A stretch of 64,000 nucleotides of DNA. Source: Protoeuglena noctilucae (lineage: Eukaryota). This document shows, piece by piece, positions 11,080-23,063 of the stretch. The stretch spans positions 1,116,001-1,180,000 of the forward strand of contig OY253669.1 of NCBI GenBank assembly GCA_958009085.1, read 5' to 3'. Below the pieces are notes generated by a model. It was given only the letters and a program-made list of their open reading frames with translations. It ran no database searches and was not told the origin of the DNA. Positions within the stretch are counted from its first letter, which is position 1. The number at the start of each line of letters is the position of its first letter. A program made the translations under genes and the position numbers.

Positions 11080-14000
11080 ATGGAGGACCACGATTTGAGG
11101 GCGCAAGGAGCGGAGGCTGCCCGGCGCGCGAGGGGAAGCTACAGGCGAGCCTGCGCGACCGCGTGCCTCCTTGCCGCTCACCGACATTGCATCGCATGCG
11201 AACGAGCTCGCGGGGGCTCATCATCGGCGCCCCTGCGACAGCCCGGACGGGGAAACCTTCCCGCCGATCCCGCGCGCGAGGCCTGACCCGGCGAACGGAG
11301 AGTTAGAATCTCTTGATCCCGCACATGGGGGCCTGGCCCAAGAGCCCCACCGGACCGCCCGGGGACGCCGCGTGGGCAGTTCTGCCTTCGTCGCGTCTCT
11401 GGGGGCCCCGGGAACCCACATGTGCACAACTCCAGCGTTTGTTTGCTACAAATCCCTCCTCCCCACCCCGGGCGCGCGTGCTTGGTGGCCCTGCGCGGCG
11501 CAGGAGCCCCGGTCCAGGCCCTGTGGAGGGAAACGCGACCGGAGGGTCTCCAGATGTCTGCGCTCTCGGAAAGCCCCTCCGACGAGCTTTGCTTGGCATG
11601 ATTTGGTGGCCGGACCGTCCAGCACCCCGCCGGCCGCCTCTGTTGGCGCGGCCGGCGCCCACACACCCTGGCGCCTGGCGGGGCTCCCAGCGCGCCCCAC
11701 CCGGCGCGGCTCCCCCGGGCCTTCGCCCCCTCGCTTGTTTACGATAGTGCTATGCGCCCAAACCCGCCCCGGACGTCACGCGGGCCTCACCCCGCGCGGC
11801 GGGGGATTCCCGCCAACTCGCCCCCGGGACCCCCCCCGCAGATGCTCGCGATGCGGGCAGCCCAAGAAGGGCCACGTTTGCAACTCGGGGCTTGCGGGCA
11901 CCTCGCAACCTCCGAGTAAGCGGGTCAAGATGCTCCCGGACGCGGGGGCCGGGCCTGCCACGGTCAGGACGACGTCGCAGGGCAACCTTGCACACCAGGT
12001 GAGGGGCCTCTTCCGACCGTCCTTGCGCTGCCTGTGTCCACCTGTCTCAGCCCCACTCCCGACATGCACCCGCCTCCCCGTTCCACCCCAGGGCTATGAG
12101 CAGGTCGCCCCGGCAGGGGTGGATGCGGCGCCCGAGGCACCCCAGCCGCTGGGCCGCGACGCAGCCGTGGCGGCGGCGGCGCGGCAGATTCTGGCGGACA
12201 CGGCGGGCGCGACGGCCATCCTGGAGGGCTCGGGTTTCACCCCCTTCGCCTCGCCCATGCGCCCGGGGGTTGGCCCAGCAGCTTCGCCGGGAGGCCTGTG
12301 GCTGGTGCCCGTGCCGCGCATGTCGTCCTTCCTCGGCCTCGCCACCCCCGGCAGCCCATGGGAGGGCGGCCCGCGGCCCGACTGGGACCCGGCAGGGACG
12401 CCGCTGGTGGGCCTGACGCAGGCGACGCCCCCGCAGTCCTTGCCGGGCCCGCGCGCGACCCCTCCGCCCTCCGCGTCCCGCCTGCGCGGTCTGGAGGCCG
12501 CCAAGGCCCGGATCGCCGCGGCGACGGCCTCGGGTCCCAACCCAGACAGCACCCGCACCCTCAACCACAGCCACGCGCTCACGTCCGGCAGCGGTGGGCC
12601 GGGCCCCTCCGCCACGGTGCCGGCCCGGGCCATCCCGGTGACGCCGCAGAGCGGCCACCCGGCCTCCGCACAGCGCGAGGCCCGCGGGGCGATGTACCAG
12701 ACCCCTCCGCCCACCCGGGGCGGTCGCGGCCACCACCCGACGCCCCGCGCGTTTGACCTACCCGTGGCGACGGGGCCCCCGGAACCCCCAGGGAACCTGT
12801 CTCCCTCGGACCCCCGCTACGAGCGCTGGTCCCACATGGCTGCCCAGATGCGCTTCATCACGGAGGGCGACATTTGCCTTCTGCGCATCCTCTCCATGAT
12901 TCCTCCGGAAGACCTCCCCTCCGTGAGCCTCGTCTCCAAGCGATGGTACTTCCTCGTGCAGGCAAGTCGCCATGCTGCAGCACGGTGCATGGCATGATGC
13001 ACCTCGTTGGCCACTGTCTGGCCTCGCTGGCAGTCCTTTTACTCAGAGCATGGATCGGGCAGGATTGCGTCCGATCCATGTCCAAGCAGTGCGTCCCGCG
13101 ACCCGTGACACCCCTCACCGCCCCCCGCAGTTCATCTACCTCCTCACCACCCGCATCAACCTCGTCTGGGATCCCAGCCGGCCACAGCTGGCGATGGGGA
13201 TTCTCGAGAGGACCTTCTTCCCGAGAGAGGTGGTCGTGTCGCCCAAAGCGCCCATGTCTGACGGGGACCTGGCGGCTCTGACGGCGGCGCTGCCAGACAC
13301 CATCCAGCTCTTCCACCTGCACGCTCCGCCCTCGGGGACCCACGCGGTGCAGGGGCCGGGGCTGGCGGGTCTCTCGGATTGCGGGCGCCGGCAGCTGCGG
13401 TCCCTTAGCCTTGAGGGCATGGGGTCTCTTCAGTCGCTGCAACTGGCGTGCTCGGAGCTGCAGCACCTGCGCGTCGCCCTGCACCGGGACGTCGGTGCCG
13501 TCCAACTCCGGTGCCCCGCGCTCGTCGACCTCGACTTGGATTTGCACGCGACTGCTCCGGCCAGTGCATGGGACAGGCAAGTGCGCGCAAGCTACACTAG
13601 CGCGACCTGAGGGAGCATTGTGGTGTGGGGGGCGTCGGCCTTTGCTAAAGGCCGTGAGCGAACAATTCCTGCGTTGCCAAGAGGCGATTGCGGGAGTCAG
13701 CATTGACCGCGCCCCATGCCTCCACCCCTGCCCGCAGCACCCCTGCCGCCCACACCCCTCAAGACATCGACTTGATGCGGTCGCTGGCGGAGCAGTGCCC
13801 GGGCCTGTTGCGTCTCACCGTGCGCTCGCAGACCTTGGGCGACACGGCGCTCGCGGCCCTCCTGTCCGGCACCCGCATGCGCCTGGCGTCGCTCGGTGTC
13901 GTCGGCGCGCCTCGCCTCACCGCGGACGGCCTCGCCCGTGCCCTCGAGTCCCTCCCGCCCCTCACGGAGGTCGATGTGTCTGGCTGCCGGTCCCTCACGG

Positions 14001-14958
14001 ACGTGGGCCTCCAGGCCATGGCGCGGCACTCGGGGCACACCCTACAGCGCCTCCACGCCGCCGCGTGCCCGGCCCTGACGCGCTCCGGGGTCCACCGCGC
14101 CCTCGCGTCCCTCTCCGTCCTCCGCGTCCTCGACCTCGGCATGTCCCTCGCCCAGCCCCACTCCGCGCCCTCGCCCGCCACCCCCCGCGACTCGCCCCCG
14201 CACCCGGTGGCCCAGGGACTGTCGCCAGACACGTCTCACGACGGCGCCACCGAGCCGCGGGCCACCACGCGCCGCCTGGAGTTCTCGCGGGGCCCTGGCG
14301 CGGAGGAGCAAGTGCTGCAGGTTTCCAGCCCCACTCTGGAGGTCCTGTCGTTGCACGGGTGCTCCCGTTTGGAGGGCCTGGCTGTGGCGTGCCCTCGCCT
14401 CGTCCACCTCCGTCTCACGGGGTGCTCGCGGCTCAAGGGGCATCAAGGTGAGCGGCAAGGCAGGCGCTGTGGCAGGTCGATGCGAGGGGTTACCTCATCA
14501 CAACGATTAATGGCGGTGCACTTGTGGTCGTTGTCCTGTTCGCAGCGCACGTGGTGGTGCCGGAGAGCTGCGTCGTGGATTTGGAGGGGACGGCGGACGG
14601 CGTGCGCGGCGTGGTCATGGCAGCCATGCGCAAGGCGGCGTTGGACGCCATTGAGCATCAGGTGCGTGGCGGTGGGCGTGCTGAGCAGCTTGCCAGCCGG
14701 GCCACTCTTGGGCAGCCAGCCCGATTTGTGGAGGTGGACGGGGTGGCTGTCAAAGTCGTGTCACGAATACCAGCGCGCCAATTTCCTGTCCCTTTGGGGC
14801 AAACACTGTGGCTCGGTTGACCCTTTACGCAGGAGAGGGATGCGGGTGGCGCCAAGACCGGGGCGAGCCCCTTCAGCCCTTACCGACTGTCCCGGCGCAA
14901 GCGACGGCTTCACACCATGAGTTCCTTTGGCTCTCCTTACCGCTCCCCGCGAGGCTGA
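11080..14958 (+). CDS. FBL17: F-box/LRR protein, FBL17-like, 7 exons
   Basis: Exon 1 (…ARGSY) joined across intron 11145-11841 gives RGSYRCSRCGQPKKGHVC, which I recall as the FBL17 N-terminal signature. F-box (ICLLRILSMIPPEDLPSVSLVSKRW) is followed by LRRs (LTEVDVSGCRSLTDVGL). Confidence 0.78.
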
Positions 14959-15069
14959 CACGCCCGCACAGCCGGTCGTGTCCGCCCCTCCGCGCTGCCA
15001 GCTCATTTCGACGCCATCCTTCAATCGGCGTTACGTGGCAACTCTCCGATGTTCAACGCAAGTGGGCTG

Positions 15070-15718
15070 TCACTGGGGAACGGGGTAGCGCCCCACAAAG
15101 TCGACCGCGTCCGCCACAGAGCCCTGCAGGGGTCACGGGCGCAGCGAGTGACGTCGGAGCCCGGCCCTGCGCGAGCGGTGGGCGCGCGGCTCTCTTTCTC
15201 GCCTCATAGAGCTTCTCGGCGCTCTCATCGGCGATGGTGATGTTGAATTCCTGCTCCAACGCAAAGACGAACTCGACGCGGTCGAGCGAGTCGAGGCCCA
15301 GGTCCTTCTCCAGGCTCGCCGTCGGCGTGAGCTTGGACTCGTTGATCCCATCGAAGTGCCGGAGCACGTGCATCACGCGCTCCGTCACCTCCTTCTTGTC
15401 CATGTAAAAGTGCGGGCCGTGGTCGTCGTGGTGGTCGTGGTGGCCGTCAGGGTGGTGCTCGTGCTTGTCCTTCGATCCGTGATCGGATGCCAGGCCCCTG
15501 CGCGACGTGACGAGCCGCGCGCTCGCGGTGCTGGGGCAGGCCGCCCCGAGTGCGTGCCTGTGGCGGATCTGCATGCCGCCCGGGACCCGGGCCGTGCCAA
15601 CGGGCATGCCTCAGCGCCCGCATCACCTCCATCCCATCTGCATGCCCCCCATCATGTGGGAAGATGCGGCGAGCCGACGCCAGGCCCCCTGCAGGCCCCG
15701 GGCGAGCGAGAGCGCCAT
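15070..15718 (-). CDS. Mitochondrial acyl carrier protein, 3 exons
   Basis: DLGLDSLDRVEFVFALEQEF phosphopantetheine site; last exon GSVADAVDFVGRYPVPQ* via GC-AG intron 15124-15202; Arg/Ala-rich presequence. Confidence 0.93.
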
Positions 15719-16098
15719 CGCAGCCCCGCTCAGAGTCTGGACGGGCTCAGTATATTGCTAACGGCTCGAGATACGAGAAATCGCGCAAGGCCCGGCGAGT
15801 CGCCGCCCAGGAGAGTCAGGAGTTCGAGAAGGGCGCTAACGGTGTCTATGCGCATGCTGATGGACGTCACTGCATGTCATCTGGGCAGCGGTGGGGATGG
15901 CGCGCGGTGGTGGGCTCTGCGTGGTCGTACCATTTCAGGTCACTGGCAGGGCGCACCTGCACGCTTCTTCCCCGGCGTCTGTTCTCGGATCCTGCCGCCA
16001 GAGCGCTGTCCAGTCACCAAGCCGTGATCGCACCTCCCTTTTCGAGTCATTCCTGTGCTCGGATCACGGTCCCGCCGCTGCCGAACTCGAAACGAGCG

Positions 16099-18805
16099 AT
16101 GGGCGACCACGGCGACCTCGAGGGGTCGTCCGCGACGCTACAGCAGACGCGTCAAAGGCTTCATGACCTGGAGGCTTTGACCCGCCGCGTCCAGGTGACC
16201 CCCGCACGACGGGAGCCGAGGGCACAATTTGGAAAGGCGCAGCATCTGCGGTGCCGCTGGGGGGGGTCTAGCGCCTCGAACCCGGCCCCGGGGATCTCTT
16301 CCGGTCGTGTCCGCCAGCCTGCCGCCGTCGCAAGAGGTGTGCGCGCGCCGGAGCTCCGGTTGACAGTTATATGCCTCCCGGCCTGAACCGTCCTTGCAGG
16401 AGGAAAACCGGCTGCTCGAGCAAGAGCTGCTGTCCGAGGCCCAAGAGGCGGATGCGCTCGCCACCGCCGTAGCGGGATCGGAGGCGCGGCGGGCCGCCGA
16501 GCACGTGCAGATGCAAGCGGCGCTGGCCCGCCTCCTGGACCGCCAGCCGCAGCCGGAGCCCCCCTCGCGCCTCGCCCAGTCCACCGCTGCTTTGTCGCAT
16601 CTCCTGCAAGCCTCTCGCGCCTCCCGGCCAGCGCCAACCGCGGGCCCCCTCCGCGGGCAGCCCGTGCCCCCACCACCCAACCCAAACGAGGTCAGGGGCT
16701 CGCGCCACGCGCCGCCGCCCGATGGCCGCGCGCTCCGTCCGTGCCGTAACTACCTTCTCGCTATCGTCGGCGCGCAGGGCCCCATGCGCTCTTTCGCGGC
16801 CGAGCGTGCCGCGACCCAACGTGATGTGGAGCGGTCCCTGGCCTATCTCACGGAGCAGCAGCGGCAGATCGAGGAGCTGGCTGCGGTGGTGGACCAGATG
16901 CGGCTGCAGGGGGAGCACGCGGCGGGTGACGAGGCCCAGGCGGCTGTGGACAGCCTGCGGGCGAGCATGAAGGGCCTGTCGGACTGGTGCCAATCGCTGC
17001 AGGAGGAGCTGCTGTCGCTGGGCGCGCCCGGGATGGGCCAGCGGGCCGCGGCGGCACGGGCGCAGCCACGTGCGGGTGCCGCGCCGCCCCCGGCGGAGCG
17101 CACGGGGTCGCGTGACGCGGCCATCGCGGCCAGGATGCGGGCGGCCATGCAGGAGCGCGGGGTGCCTGGGGCGGCGCGGGCGGGCGAGGTGGACGCTGGC
17201 GCAGCGGAGGACGTGATTCGGTTCCTGGCGGGAGTGCTGGGCGGGGAAGGGGGCCCGTTGCAGGGCAGGGGCGACTGTGGGGGCCAGGCGGGAAGGGAGG
17301 CAGGGAGGCCCGGGCTCGACGGCTCCGTGCGAGTCGGGAGCCTCGCGGATGGCCTGGCGGACCTCGGGGCCGTGCGGGGGCCTGGCGTTGCTCGCCCCGA
17401 CGGTGCGGGTGCGGGTGCGGGTGCGGGTGCTCCTGGGCCCCGGTTGCCAGTGGGGCCCTGGCCGGCTGCGGAGGTGCCGTGGGCAGCGGCGGGCGTCGAC
17501 GCCAGCAGCGACGAGGATGCCAACGGTGACATGAACGACGTCGATGGCGAGGTTGAGGAGGAGGAGGAGGGGTCGAGTGAGTTCGGGGCGTCGTCCGTGA
17601 CGACCACAGCCATGCGGCGGCTCTTGGAGGAGAACAGGCGTCTGCGGGGCATGGTCGTCGAGCTGCAGTCGCGGTACGCGAGGAGCCTACGCCGGCAGCG
17701 GCGCCTGCAGGTGCTGGTGGCGACGGGGCAGGGCCAGCGTGCCGGCGGTTGCGTGGCGCGGCCGGGCAGCGCGGGCGCATCTGCTGACCAGAGCTGAGTA
17801 GCGCTCTTCTCGCCTCCCTCGCAGCGGGCGCTCTTCCAGGCCCTCGCCCCTTCGCAGCCGGGGCTCCCTGGACTGCCCGCCAGGCCGCCGCAGTCCCCCG
17901 ACCGGGACCTGACCGCAGCCGACGAGGCCTGGGACCCCCGGGTCCCCGCGGCGCGTCAGGTCGCGGCGCGGCCCGCGTGGGCTGACGGCTGGGGCGCCAG
18001 CGACGGCAGCCAGGGTGTGGGCGGCGCCGTGACGCTCGCCAGCGAGGCGGCCAGGGAACAGCGCAGGGCGGGACACGGGGCAACAGACGGCAGCGCTCGG
18101 CCCGCAGCGGCCCCTCGGCCCCCTCTGTGGCGCGCCGCGGCGGCGGCCAACGGTGGCGTCCCGTACGTGGAGTTGGAGGACGACGCCGAAGGCGAGGCGT
18201 GGGCACAGCCGGGCGAGCACAAGGTGGGAGGTGGTGCCTGTTACCCCCTTGCCGTCGCATGGCCTCGCTCGGTCTCGCCTTGCTATGCTTGCCTCTGGCC
18301 TATGCTTCCGCAAACATGGCGACATTGGCAGCTCGGCCATGCATAGAGCCTCGACAGTCCAGCTGCTTTGTGCCCGCAGCACCGCGCCGCCCATGACTCG
18401 GGGCGGCCCCGGGGCAAGCCGGCTCGCCCGCAGCCCCGCGCGTGGTCCTCCGGCGAGTCGTCTCAGGGCGATGTCCTCAGTGACCCTTCATCCCCGGTAC
18501 CTGCCGAGGTCAAGGCACGCATGCAGGCGTTTGGGGGGGACGAGGGCCTCGGGCGGCCGCAGTCGGCGGTGCCGGGGGACCTGCGCCGGGCGCAGGAGCG
18601 GTCCGCTCCCCCCGAGGTGGTCGCCTTTGCACGGAGGCTGGCGGGTGACGAGGGGTACGGCCGACCCTGGAGCGCAGCGGCGGGGCAGCGCAAGGCCGCC
18701 ATGTGGATGCCCGTGCCGGAGCACGTTCTGCAGGTGGCGCAGCGGTACGCGGGGGACGAGGGCATCGGGAGGCCCAAGACGGCCGTGGGGGGCCGGCGCC
18801 GGTAG
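16099..18805 (+). CDS. Uncharacterised coiled-coil protein with three C-terminal GDEGxGRP repeats, 5 exons
   Basis: Four GT-AG junctions give a continuous frame with heptad-like segments (LQEENRLLEQELL, MRRLLEENRRLRGMVVELQ); no recognised family. Confidence 0.65.
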
Positions 18806-19113
18806 CTGTGCTGATGAGGAGCCTCGGTCGTGCTGGGCAGGCTGCTAGACGGGCGGGCCACTAGATGGGTGGGTCGCTAGACTGGTGTTCGTTCAATGAA
18901 TGCGTGACGAGCGCACCGCATGTGCAGTCGTGAGTGGCCGAAAATGGTCGCTGTGCGGCGCGATGCGAGGCAAAAATAGCCGCAAGCGAGCATCTTGGAT
19001 AGGATCAAGAGCGTGAACGGACGCAGTGAAGCACCCTGGATGGAACTAGAGTGGGATAGAAAGGTACGTTCCTGCTACCTGCTCATCAGCATAATTTGCG
19101 CGGGCACACACCC

Positions 19114-21973
19114 TCAGGGCTGCGCCCCGCCGGCAGCCACGTCGGCCCGCGTCTGCGTCTGCTCGACGCGCACGATCGCGTTGAATGGGTCCGCGAAGGT
19201 GCAGACGACATCGATGTCGTCTCCGGGGTCCGCCACTTGCACGTGGGCCAGCGTCTCCAAGGCCAGGTCCTCTAGCACCACCCGCGCAAGGCCCAGGTCC
19301 TGGCGCATCCACGACAGGACGCGCGCGCGGTACCGGCGGTGGGGACGCTGCATGATGTAGCGCGCCAGCCACGCGCGCTCCGCGTCCCTCTGCGCCGCCT
19401 GCGGTGGTCACCGGGGATGCAGCGCGTTGCATGACAGCCAGCCCGGGATCGTGTGCAGTAAGCGCACGCGCCGATGCAAGCGCACGAGGGCATGCGATGG
19501 CGCGCTGGGACGCACCTTGATGGCGGTGGCGGTGCGGGTGCACTGGTCGACGATGGCATGCATCTCGGGGTGCGCGAGGGGCGGGGCCTGCCCCCGCAGC
19601 ACGGCCTTGATCTGGTGGTGGGCCAGGAGGTCGAGGTAGCGGCGTATGGGCGACGTGACCTGCACGTACCCCTCAAGACCCAACGCCGAGTGCGGCACAC
19701 GCTGCCCCGCACACATGAGCGAGCGCGCCATGGTGCCCAGCATCTGCTCCGCCTGGAGCTCTCGCGACGGCGCGGCCGCCTCGCTCGGGGGCGGGGACGG
19801 CGGGTGCCCCCGGAAGGGCAGCGGGACGCCGTGGAGCCTCCCGAACAGAGCCGCGATCTCGCCTCCCAAGACCATCATCTCCGTCACGAGGAGAACGGAG
19901 GGGGATCCCGACGCCTTGGTGTCCACGCGGATGTCGGGGTCCGCGGTGTGGGCCCGCCCCACGCGCACGCGCGCCTCGGTGCGTTCGAAGTTGAGCGCGC
20001 CCTGGCTCTCCCGGAACTGCCGCCGGCGCCGGCTGAGCCGCAGGAGCTCCCGCAGCTGCCACGCGAGCTCCTCCTCGCCCCCGCTTTCCGTCTCCGCGTC
20101 GCTGCCGCGCTCCCCGGGGCCGCCGCCATCGTAGCTGCCCACCTCTGGCGTGGACTCGCCCTCCGTCGACGCAGCCGACCCCGCGCGACCGCCCGCAGCC
20201 CCGTGATGCGCCGCCGGGGCCCCCGCCACCTCGACGGACGCCCTGGGAGCCTTGGCCGCCTCCTCGCCCGCACCCGCACCCACGCCCGCCCCACCCTCTG
20301 CACCCTCTGCGCTCTCCAGGACGGCGTCCACGTCCTCGTAGGTCATGCGCCGGGTGATATGCACCAGCGACGGGCATATCTCGAACTCCTCCACGCTGCC
20401 GTCCTCCGCCAGGATGGCCGTGAGCGAGAAGGCGCACGAGTCGCGGTGGGCGACGAGGGACATGGGGCCGGAGGCGAGGGCCATGGGGAACATGGGGATG
20501 ACCTCCGTGGGCTGGTAGAGGGTCGAGGCGCGGCGGCGGGCTTCGAGGTCGAGGGGCGACCCCAGGGCCACGAGGTGAGAGGGGTCCGCGATGTGCACCC
20601 ACACGCGCGTCCGGCCATCGGGCAGGCGCTCGACAGAGACGGCGTCGTCGACTTCCACTGCGGGCGCGGCGGGGTGGGCGGGCGGGTTCGGGGAAGCGGG
20701 CCAGCACAGCGCGGGGCGGGGCGAGTGCAAGTCGGGGGAGCGCAGCAATGGGCGGGTCGCGGCCCCATGGCAGCCCGGGCGACAGTGGCGAAGCGCAACT
20801 CTCACCGGTATCGATGGAGTCGATGGTGACGGCGTGCAGGAAGCGCAGATCCCTCCGCAGGGCCCGGTCGGGGTCGACGAGCTCTCCGGCCGCTGCCTGG
20901 GCGACGATGCGGTCGGCATCGGCCTGCACGCCGGCGGGGAACACAGGCGACGCCCCGACGCGTTTCGCGAACACGTCCTCGTTCCGGCGCCACATGCCGA
21001 TGCCCTCGAGCAGAGCCGCGGCGCCGTTGGGGGCCGGCTCCATGCCGAGGCGCGACAGGACGCGCAATGCAATGGCCTGCTGCTCCGGGGTCGCCGTCGC
21101 GAGCGCCAGGGCCTCCACGGCCGCGGCCACGTTGGCCCAGGGGCCGGTGGACCACGACTCGAGCGCGGGGTAGCTGGGCGTGACCCCTGCCGCCGGCCCC
21201 CGCAGCAGTGTCGCGGCCAACGTGACGAACCCCGAGACCTCCCTGCCGCCCGGGACGCGGTCGGGGTCGTAGTAGGCGAGGATGCTCTCGACGTGCTCGC
21301 GGGGCCGGGGCCTGTACCGCGCCGGGCTGGCGGACGCCGACGCGAAGAAGGTGCGGTCGTCCGAGAGGAGCAGGTGGGCGCGGTAGACAGAGGCGGGGTC
21401 GGCGCGGCCGTACATGGCGCGGGCGGCCTCGTCGGCAGAGGTGGTGACGGCGGCGGGGTCCTCGCCGCGCTCGGCGGCCAGCGCCAGGCACCGCTCCCAG
21501 GCGCGCTCCAGGTCCGCGGGGTCGCGGTCGTCCACCTCCGCCGCCACCTCCGCCGCGGCCTCCGGGGGGTGCCCGCGGCCGGGGAGGACGAAGGACACCT
21601 CGCGGGCTTCGACGGTCATCGGCCGGCCGGACGCATCGTGGGCGTTCCAGCTCCCCCGCGCCACGTCTTGGCTGTCAATCCGGACCAGCAACCGCACCCG
21701 GCGCCGCACCACCTCCGCCAGGACTCCAGGGGCGAGCGTGCGCACCACGTGCACGGGGGCTGCGGGGGGAGGGTACCAGGGGCTTTGGAACCTTGCAGCT
21801 GAGCTGGCAAGGGCGGGAGGCGGACGGGCGCTCACCGTCGGTCGCGGTGGCGTTGCCGCGCTTCCCGCCGCGGCCTGGCGTGCCTCCGGACCCAGCGGGA
21901 CGCGGGGACTGGGACGGCTGGGCGCGGCGCGCCTGGCGCGGCGTGACGGGCAGGACGATGGGGCCCGGGGCAT
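19114..21973 (-). CDS. Ribonuclease II/R (RNB domain), probably organelle-targeted
   Basis: Spliced catalytic motif TIDSIDTVEVDDA, plus VWVHIADP, EARRRASTLY, HSALGLEGYVQVTSPIRRYLDLLAHHQ; start approximate. Confidence 0.9.
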
Positions 21974-23063
21974 ACGTGGGAGAGGCCCCGGGAGACTGCG
22001 CGGGCGGGGCGACGGATACGATGCGTCGGAGACGCACTAGCCACTCATGACGAGCGCGAAGAGAGCGGGAGGTGCCGGGCGCGGGACCCACCCATGACGC
22101 AGCGGCCACGTGCTGAGGACCCAGGCGCTGCATCCGTCCCGACGCCTCGGCCCCCGGCATCGAGCCGGTAGATTTCTTCTTGGAACCTCCACCCGTATCC
22201 CTGCGCGCGAGGTCCGGGGCTCATTCCCGGGCCTGGATGCCGTGGCAAAAGTATCGGGCACGTTCGAACTGGATGAGCGCGGGGGCGGAAGCGGCCAGGC
22301 TATGGCGACCGCGCCTCGAACCACGCCATCTATGCCCGGCACGAGAACGCCAATCGGGGCCCGGAAGGGGACGAGAGGCCGCCGGCGAAGGGCCTCGATT
22401 CTGCGTCGCTCGTGGCCACGAGCGCACCCGCGACCGCACACGCCATGGCGCTCCGCGGGAGGCCTTGGAATGAGGGACTGCGTCATGTTCGTCGCGAGGG
22501 GCAACAAGGGAGGCTCACCGCGCGATTTTGCCCGGGGAGGGGCCCGTGCCCTCAAATCCCACCCGGCCTCGGCCTCCGAGCGACCCCACGGCAGCCATGG
22601 CTAGGCGAACTAGCGCCTTCTCCGGCGAGGAAGACCTAAGCATATTGCGCCCCCAGGGAGGACGAGCGACGGGGCGACATGCCTGGAAACCTAACGCGGA
22701 AAGCGCGACTCGCGGGAGTGCTCAGCGAGCAAAGAACATGGGCAAGCGACCCGGCTTGCCAATGGCCGACGAGAGGACGCCGGCCGAGCGGTGAACAGCT
22801 AATTAGCCCGTAAAAAAAGGGAGTGAGGTTGAGAAGCGGCTTCTGATGTGCTTGCGAGTGGCGGGGTCCTGCAGAGAAGGGGCTCCCAAGCGCGCTCACG
22901 ACAGGCGCGTCAGCCCGGGGTGTGCCCTGACCGTCGCGCAGGACGCGGCGCCCACTGCATAATTGCTCTCCCTTTGCCCACCTACAGTAGTGAATTTCAA
23001 ATTTCGGAGGTTTCGCATGATCAATCAGCGATCTACCCGCGAGACGGAGCTGCGGCCACGCAG

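Noticed and set aside
15560..15650. Apparent AT-AG intron in ACP (CAG|ATGGGA), with a similar site in MLH3 near 25000
   Set aside because: Both are explained by nearby canonical GT-AG pairs that keep the frame.
17400..17430. (GGTGCG)n repeat
   Set aside because: Short Gly-Ala coding microsatellite in a low-complexity exon.
22050..23060. About 1 kb intergenic stretch with A7 (possible minus-strand Pol III terminator) and a U1-like ACTGCATAATT
   Set aside because: No U1 5' end, Sm site, tRNA boxes, or SRP/RNase P/MRP conserved regions recognisable.
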